Below are positions 57,046 to 64,000 of a stretch of 64,000 nt of DNA, in pieces. Source of the stretch: Balanoglossus misakiensis (taxonomy: Eukaryota; Animalia; Hemichordata); contig CM082598.2 in assembly GCA_040954595.2 (NCBI GenBank), positions 1,116,001 through 1,180,000 on the forward strand, in the 5' to 3' direction. The translations under genes and the position numbers were made by a program. The notes under the pieces are model-generated. The model saw only the letters and a list, made by a program, of their open reading frames with translations. It was not told where the DNA came from and made no database searches. Position 1 is the first letter of the stretch. Each line of letters opens with the position of its first letter.

Positions 57046-60000
57046 ATGAAGCTGCAACTTTTAGCGGTATTTTTCTGCCTGTATGTTGCGTCCGTGTTCG
57101 GCTACCCCCACGGAGCTCCTGGGACCTACTGCAGTCGAGATCCCCAACACGGAGTCTTGAAAAAAGCTGGCGACAATGGTTATCGTATTCGGATAGAAGG
57201 CGATCCAGAGACGTATGTACCCGACGAAGTTTACACAGGTGAGATATAGGCCTCTGTGGTTGTTCTCGAAAGCTCTGACATAATTAAGACGATTTCAAGT
57301 TTAGTTTTCTCGCTATTAATATAAATAATTAAGTATATGAAAATCGTCATTCACCGCACCACAAATAGTTTTTACAAAAACGGTCCAGTTTTAACACCAA
57401 CTGTCTGACGCTTATCCCGGGACGGGAAACAAGTAAAATCACGGTTACTCTTGTAATTTACAGCAAAGATCAATTGTACTTTTAATTTCGATCAGTTAAC
57501 AATAAACTCTGACAAAAAATGGCTGATTTTGACAAAAATTTACAGGGAATTTTGGTTTGCTGGATATATATCTCCGTAAATAATATTCACGCAATCAGCA
57601 TTGTCTGATGGAAATGAACACAGGCAATGTAAAAAAAAATATGTAACAATGGTGTTGATTAACGATTACTAAACGCCTTTCAGCTTTCTTAATGGCTTTT
57701 GTTTATGTCCATCAAGCTCACAATCTGAATCACAGCCTTGACGTAATCTCAACTCAGCCATTGATCAACATTGACTACAAAAGCTCGGAAGGCTTTTCTG
57801 TCAGAGCAACTTTGGGGGTCAAGGGTCGAGTGTCTTAATCGAGTCCAAAACAAACGAACCATGAAATGAACATCCCTGAAAATGTCAGTTCCCATGACGA
57901 TTTTTGTTTGGTTGGAAAAACAAACTAAAGTGACTTGTAGGAAACAAACATTCTGAGATTCTGTTTATCTTACAACATTTTAAAAGAAAAAAAGTTGCAC
58001 AAAAATAATGTCAAAAGTTGATGACTTTGTCCCTTTAATACTCTTGACCACTTTTAACTGACTTGACAGGAAAAGCACTTCTGTTGCGACTTGTCACAGA
58101 AAGACTATCCTACCCGCATCCCACAACCAAGCCTAAACATTGATTAGTGGTCTGAAATCACACACAGACTTATTTTTAAACAAACAAGTCTTCATCCAAC
58201 AAGAATGGTAGCCTGAAGACATTCAGTTCCAAGGACAGAAACGTTCAAGAAGGCTACAGTGATCTTTGTCATGTAAATTCTTCAACCACCAGGGCTGTTT
58301 ACGGACATGAATTGTAGTGTTTTGATATTTGATCGGAACAAAGACTTGTTAAGGTGTGTTCACATTTCCTGCCCGGCACACACATGCACCACGAGGGAAA
58401 TGAATGTGCCATCTTAAAAATCATAATGTAAATTTAGAACGTAGGCTCTTTCCTGAGGCATGGATCTGTCTCCTTTCTAACATGTGAAAGCCCAAAGTTT
58501 TTTTTATCATGAAACTTTCGATTGAGAAGTTTGTAAATTGTCCCTTTCAGCAAACAGTAGCTGTTTTGTCTTTTAAATAAATAATGGATTCTTGTTCAGT
58601 AATGGGGGAAATCAAGCTAATGGTTTTTTACGTCCATTTGGCGCTGTCTGAGTAGCTGAGAAAATGCACAACAGCTTTAAGAAGGTACTTGAAGACAGAG
58701 CCCAAATCCGGTAATGAACCCGGTTGGTTTTCAAACTTTGGAACTTCAGAAATGTTGCGTGTCGACCCGGTACATGCAATCCACATAAGAATAACAATAC
58801 GCCCGTTCATGAGAAGTAATTATCACAACCAACCTGGTGTGTAATGTACCTGCATGATGAAAAAAACTCAAAATACTTTTCATGGGAAATTGTCCAGACA
58901 TGATTTCAATAGCTTTGTTTGGTTGCAATATAACAAAGGTTGGCCACAAGTGGCAGGTGCTTCAGGTGTGTTGTAAAACACCGAATTTCTATCACTGATG
59001 AATCGCCGTCATTCTGCGGACTGAAATCGTATCTGTTAGAAAACTTGGCCGACTTCTAAAGAGCTTTGAAATCCGCCCAAAGGCACAAGTTTCTCTGTAC
59101 CTCTGTGGAGTATAATAAATGAGTTGTGCAATTGTGAGTTTTAGCTTAGTGCTGCAAGGGCCCTGCCTTTAATTTTACTGACTGTGTCCCTTTAAGGCTA
59201 TAAAAGGTCCTGCCTTTAATTTTACTGGCTGTGTCCCTTTTAAGGCTATAAAGGGTCCTGCCTTTAATTTTACTGGCTGTGTCCCTTTAAGGCTATAAAG
59301 GGCCCTGCCTTTAATTTTACTGGCTGTGTCCCTTTAAGTCTATAAAGAGACCTGTCTTTAATTTTACTGGCTGTGTCCCTTTAAGGCTATAAAGAGACCT
59401 GCCTTTAATATTACTGGCTGTGTCCCTTTAAGTCTATAAAGAGACCTGTTATTAATTTTACTGGCTGTGTCCCTTTAAGGCTATAAAGAGACCTGCCTTT
59501 ATCACAGGTGGCTTTGCATTCCATGATACACATGCTACAGCTGTTTAACATGTGTGTGTTTCCACGGAGACAATTAATAACACACAGTTCAGGGTACAGT
59601 TGCACCATAACACATGTGAGGACAGCGTTCGTGATACAACCAAGATTTTTTCAAGTTAAAAAAATGACAAGTCAGATACGGTATACCGATCAAATGTTCC
59701 CTTCCGAGTACTAGCTGTACCGGTATATAACGCTGATTTTACAGTTAAATTTTCAATGACAGCAATCTGTTCAATTAAGGGTAGGTTTGTCAGTTTTGTT
59801 CTCAGTTATTCCTGCTGAGAAGTGACCGTGTTTTTATTGAGGAATAAGACAACAACAGTTGACATCAAGAGAAGAATATTTCTCTTTGTACAACAGAACT
59901 CCCCTCAGTATAGCAGCAACCTTTATTCTCTGTCTTTGAACACACTGAGACCAGGCTGCTGAAAACTATCTGGGACTGACCTGGAGCACAAGGGTCTTGG

Positions 60001-63000
60001 AGGTCAAGTAGGGACATTCTGGTTGCTTGACCTGTGCACGTCATGCTGAGAGAATTCGAACGTCCAAAATATTGAGACATTCGAGACATGTACCTACTGT
60101 ATTACCAACGTGTAAAATTCAGAAGTCTCTGCCACTTTTCCATTAGTGAATCAACGTTCAACCACACACACCTTCCATCCTGCTTGTAGACACTAGAGTG
60201 AAAAACTCGCCAAAATGAATAATCAGTCTCTACCATTCATTCATTTTGGGCGAGTTTTTACTCTCATATCATATAAGTGGGATGGAAGTTGTGTGTGGTT
60301 GAACATTCATTCACTACATACTGGTATACACATGTACATGTACATTAAAATAAATGGTGTCTTGTATCAAACATAATTAACGGAAAAAGGACAGCAAGAG
60401 AGAGACTTTGTCCCTTTAATAGTACATGTACATCCAATCATTTGGAGATGTCACTATCTGTAATCAACATCAAAGAGAACACCGCTCAGTGTGATGCATG
60501 ATACATTCAAGCTTACATGTCAAAATCCAGCAGGCAGTCCTGGAAAGTTTAATTCACCTGAACAACTGAGTAGTCTCTTGGCCAAAAATGAGTAGATCAT
60601 CGCCTGAGGGTACTGAGTGTTCAAGGGACTGCAAGGTGATTAATATATCCCCCGGGAGTACTGTCAATTGTATTAAATTTCTCCTTCAGGGAATACACAC
60701 TGGGTGGCACTGAAATCGAACACTAATTATTCTATCACCAAAATAACTTTTGAAGTTGTAAATTCTATGTCAGTTTTCTATGTCAGTTTCTCTAACTGAA
60801 TGCACATTTCAAATCAGGTTTGTCTGATAAAACCACAGTCATATCACAAACTCTTCTGAAAGGCAACGAAGTATTCAAAAAATATCTGTGGTGACATTTT
60901 TATAAAGAATGCACTTGTGGGGTTATAGAACAGGGTCAAGGATTGGCAAATATGGCAAACACACATAGCATGTATATTGACATATATACACAGGCAGATC
61001 ATGTACTGCCAAAGGGAATGAAGTAATCTGGTTGTAATCCAGCTTTTGTGTAAGAGCAAGAGTCTGGCTTTCACCAACAAACAATGTACCTGTGTCAATC
61101 TGGTTGTTGTATGGGCGAGTGTATTACAGTATTCAATGAAATACTCAATCTTCGTGGAACTGTACAGTGTTGGTATACTTTACCAGCTGTATATGGAAGC
61201 ATAGTGTGTTTATATTGTTTTGTACAGTTCTCTGCAATTAAAAATAATTACAACATCATCAACTTTGTTCTATTCTTCAATTTTATCAGCCAATATTACC
61301 ACAACAAAAAACAGCAATGTTGGGACAACATCTGTTAATACAACCATATTGGCAAAAGTTCGCTGTGGTGCTACTGAAAAATGTAGTCTGGAGTGGTTAA
61401 GCTCTCAATATAAGACGGCACCAGTACATAGCTGTATTGCTAATAACAACTGTGTTGACAGACCTGCTGTACTGTCAGTGAAGGAGAAGAAAGCCAACAT
61501 TAACAGAAATGGAAAAACCCCACTAAACTAACAAAATCATGAAACATATGCTCTTCTGATATCTAAAACTTCATGAAGTGCCGAGACAATCATGGATACA
61601 GATATAGATCTTACAGAAAAAATATTTGCAAATGCTTGACTGCACATTATTGTAATTGTATCCAATTTTGAAGCCTTGTAATAAATTTTCATGCAGTGTC
61701 ACTTAATGTCAGCCATATGTTGTTGTGTCCATGATCCGTGGCTACTGCGGTATGTATGTGTCGTGCTTGCATTCAGATTCCAACTTTACTTCATTAACTG
61801 GTTTACTGACTCTAAATTTTTATTTTGTAGTCTCTAAAGAGATATGGTGGTGTAAGTCTTTCAAATCCCTCATAATCCCATTAATCTCAAAAGGATTAAG
61901 TGACAAATACCATAGGAACACACACATAGTTCCCCCTTTCTGCTATATTTTTATGATTTGACTTTCAAACTTAGATTGGTCTACTTAAATGACCTTCCTG
62001 ATACAGGTAATGTCCCGTTAAGTTGGGACGACACCAAACTTTATGTACAGTGGTGATTTTGAACACATCCTCTGACAGTATTTCTACTCTTTCTTCTACA
62101 GTGTCATTAACAAGTACAAACCCAACAGCATATCTTGGATTTATGTTAACAGCGACAAAAGCTGCGTATGACTATGAACCTGCTGGGACATTTGAGGTGA
62201 GGAAACAATTTCAAAAATATTAATCAGCGAATCAGACACTTGACTTGATAATTTTCATTCACTTTCTGACATTAAAATGAGAAAACAAACTGTGGTTTAA
62301 ACTTGTTTTTAATAAAATAATATACAGTCAAACCTGTGTTAGTGGCCACCTTTATATAGTGGACACTTTGTTACAGTCCCTGTGTAATTCACAGGTGCAT
62401 TAATTAACCTCTATATAAAGGCCACCTGTAAAGGCCAGTTTAGGAAAGTCCCCTGACTGGCCACTATAGACAGGTTCGACTGTATACTTGTTTTGTGTTT
62501 AATAAAATAATATAACTCATTTCAGAGAAAGTACTGTCGTATACTTTCAAATCATTAGTTGGAATCTATTCAGTACAATCCAACATCCGTACCTTAATTA
62601 CAGTTATAGTCGTGTGAATTTCCGGGTTTGAAATTCACTAATGGTTACCAGTGCAATGAGTTTTAAAAATTCATTAGAATTTCCCTTAATCGACTGTTGT
62701 AATCCGGTCAACATGATGTTATTTCTTTGTGCCGTTGTGGGTAATGATCACGTAATGCCAGCATAAAGACAAAATGAGCTTGAAAAAAACGACATCGAGC
62801 AATTATCATGATTATGGATTTAAAAAGACCAGTAGTTGAAAGCATTTTAGAAGACCCATTATAACGTAATGGGGATACGTTTTCTTGGGGCTTGTTGATA
62901 ATGGCTAAAAGGGAAAAAAATGCAGAAAACTGAACTGTTACAGGGACAATCGCTGTAACATTTGTCTTTATTGCCAGTATTTTTGTTCAGTGTATCAAAC

Positions 63001-63306
63001 ACAAATTTTTGTTCTACTCCAAACAGCATGCTTATAAACCCAGTACTCTGCTTGTCAACGTAGCCTGTATGTAACAATCATTGTTATTGTTGACAAATGA
63101 TTTCTAGTCCGGACTCAAGCCGTTGTTTTTGTTTTGTCGAATAATTGCTGTTTTTGTTATTGCTGTTTGTAGCTGGTGGACCCTGGCATATCTCGCTTCA
63201 CAGAAAACTGTCCATATGCAGTGACACACTCTAACAACATTCCTAAGATGTCCATATCTATTATTTGGACTGCACCTCCAGCTGGTACTGGATGCATCCA
63301 TTTCAA
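57046..63306 (+). CDS. SPON1: F-spondin/spondin-1-like secreted protein, 5' exons (signal peptide plus reeler domain): 57046-57238, 62102-62196, 63173-63306; continues beyond window
   Basis: Signal peptide, GDNGYRIRIEGDPETYVPDEVYTVSL, GFML...AGTFE, FTENCPYAVTH...IIWTAPPAGTGCIHF; exon phases are consistent. Confidence 0.85.
59162..59501. repeat. 47-bp minisatellite, about 7.2 copies
   Basis: Unit CCTGCCTTTAATTTTACTGGCTGTGTCCCTTTAAGGCTATAAAG.. starts at 59162, 59209, 59257, 59304, 59351, 59398, 59445, 59492. Confidence 0.95.
60141..60319. mobile_element. 173-bp fold-back element, TAG...CTA termini, CAT 3-bp TSD (Academ-like MITE)
   Basis: Imperfect inverted arms of ~75 bp (TAGTGAAT.AA.GTTCAACCACACACA...AAAAACTCGCC.AAAATGAAT); CAT on both sides. 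Confidence 0.75.
62323..62484. mobile_element. 158-bp MITE, TA TSD, CAGTC termini (Tc1/mariner-pogo type)
   Basis: TA CAGTCAAACCTGT ... ACAGGTTCGACTG TA; partial copies elsewhere in the window. Confidence 0.88.
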
Positions 63307-64000
63307 GTAAGTTTTAATTGATGTACAGTGAACACACTGTAACATGTCTGCAAGATTCGCATTGGGCGTATTGTATCGACACATCAGTTTTATTGACTCT
63401 TTCTCTGCAAATTCAATTACCCTGATTGCATGGTAATGCCAATTGACAAGAAAACTACTTTCCTCAACCATTGTTTTCTGAAACATCGTTAGCTGGCTGT
63501 TGAAAGCGCTTGATTGCTTCATTGTCGGTTCCTCGCATGCTGATATTGATCCTTGTTAAATCACGACAAAAAATCCTGTCGACAATCAAGTCCACATCAA
63601 TTGAGAACTTGAATCCATCAACAGAAACAGTAAGGGGCTGATTACACTGGTCGTAATTATCTCCACAGTGGTTTCATGAGTAGACAAGTGTATTTTCCTT
63701 AGAGTCATTTTCACTTAAGGTAGTACTCGCCTTGCCTCAGGGACAGATTTTCAGAAAAATGAAATTGGTATCTTTCATCCTCGGTATACCAGTACATCAA
63801 CACACACACACTAAACAACCATTAAAGGTAAATGGCACAGCTGAGAACGTGTCCTGAGTAGGCAAATCATTTTCAAAGACTACCTTGAAAAACAAAAACA
63901 TCAGTCCATGGTCAAGTCGCTTCATGCACCAGAATGCATGAACTTTTGGATTCATGGACCATTTGATTCTCAAATTGGTTACCACTAGTTTTCTTTTAAG

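Noticed and set aside
59162-59501. Regularly spaced repeats resembling a CRISPR array
   Set aside because: Units are contiguous with no unique spacers, there are no cas genes, and the context is a eukaryotic intron
63157-63522. 121-aa minus-strand ORF
   Set aside because: Overlaps the spondin reeler exon on plus (63173-63306); no independent support
63715-64000. Possible Kolobok-like element start TTAAGGTAGTAC
   Set aside because: The partner end would lie outside the window, so it cannot be supported

Overview
This is eukaryotic, intron-rich, AT-rich DNA from an invertebrate animal, probably a marine deuterostome (inferred, not provable from the window). There are no prokaryotic systems, CRISPR arrays, rRNA or tRNA genes. 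Gene order: WASHC3 3' part (+), beta-tubulin A (-), beta-tubulin B (-), TSPO (+), beta-tubulin C (-), CIP2A (-) head-to-head with TMEM183 (+), SMAP/C11orf58 (+), CSTF3 (-) head-to-head with a divergent beta-tubulin D (+), ZFC3H1 (-), and the 5' part of an F-spondin/SPON1-like gene (+). Main observations: (1) Tubulins A-C are homogenised, including intron 3. The divergent inverted copy D, 27 kb away, carries a 230-bp tract identical to copy C within otherwise strongly diverged sequence, and has changes at known drug-site residues. (2) CSTF3 intron 3 has a weak GTTACT donor, candidate poly(A) signals and about 0.7 kb of UG-rich sequence, resembling the CstF-77 intronic-polyadenylation feedback loop. 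(3) There are two minor-spliceosome (U12) introns, AT-AC in CIP2A and GT-AG in ZFC3H1. (4) Several MITE families are present, including an 85-bp TTAA/CCC element often sitting right behind splice donors, plus a 5'-truncated LINE. Gene identities come from recalled protein similarity and exon coordinates were read by eye; no database search was run.
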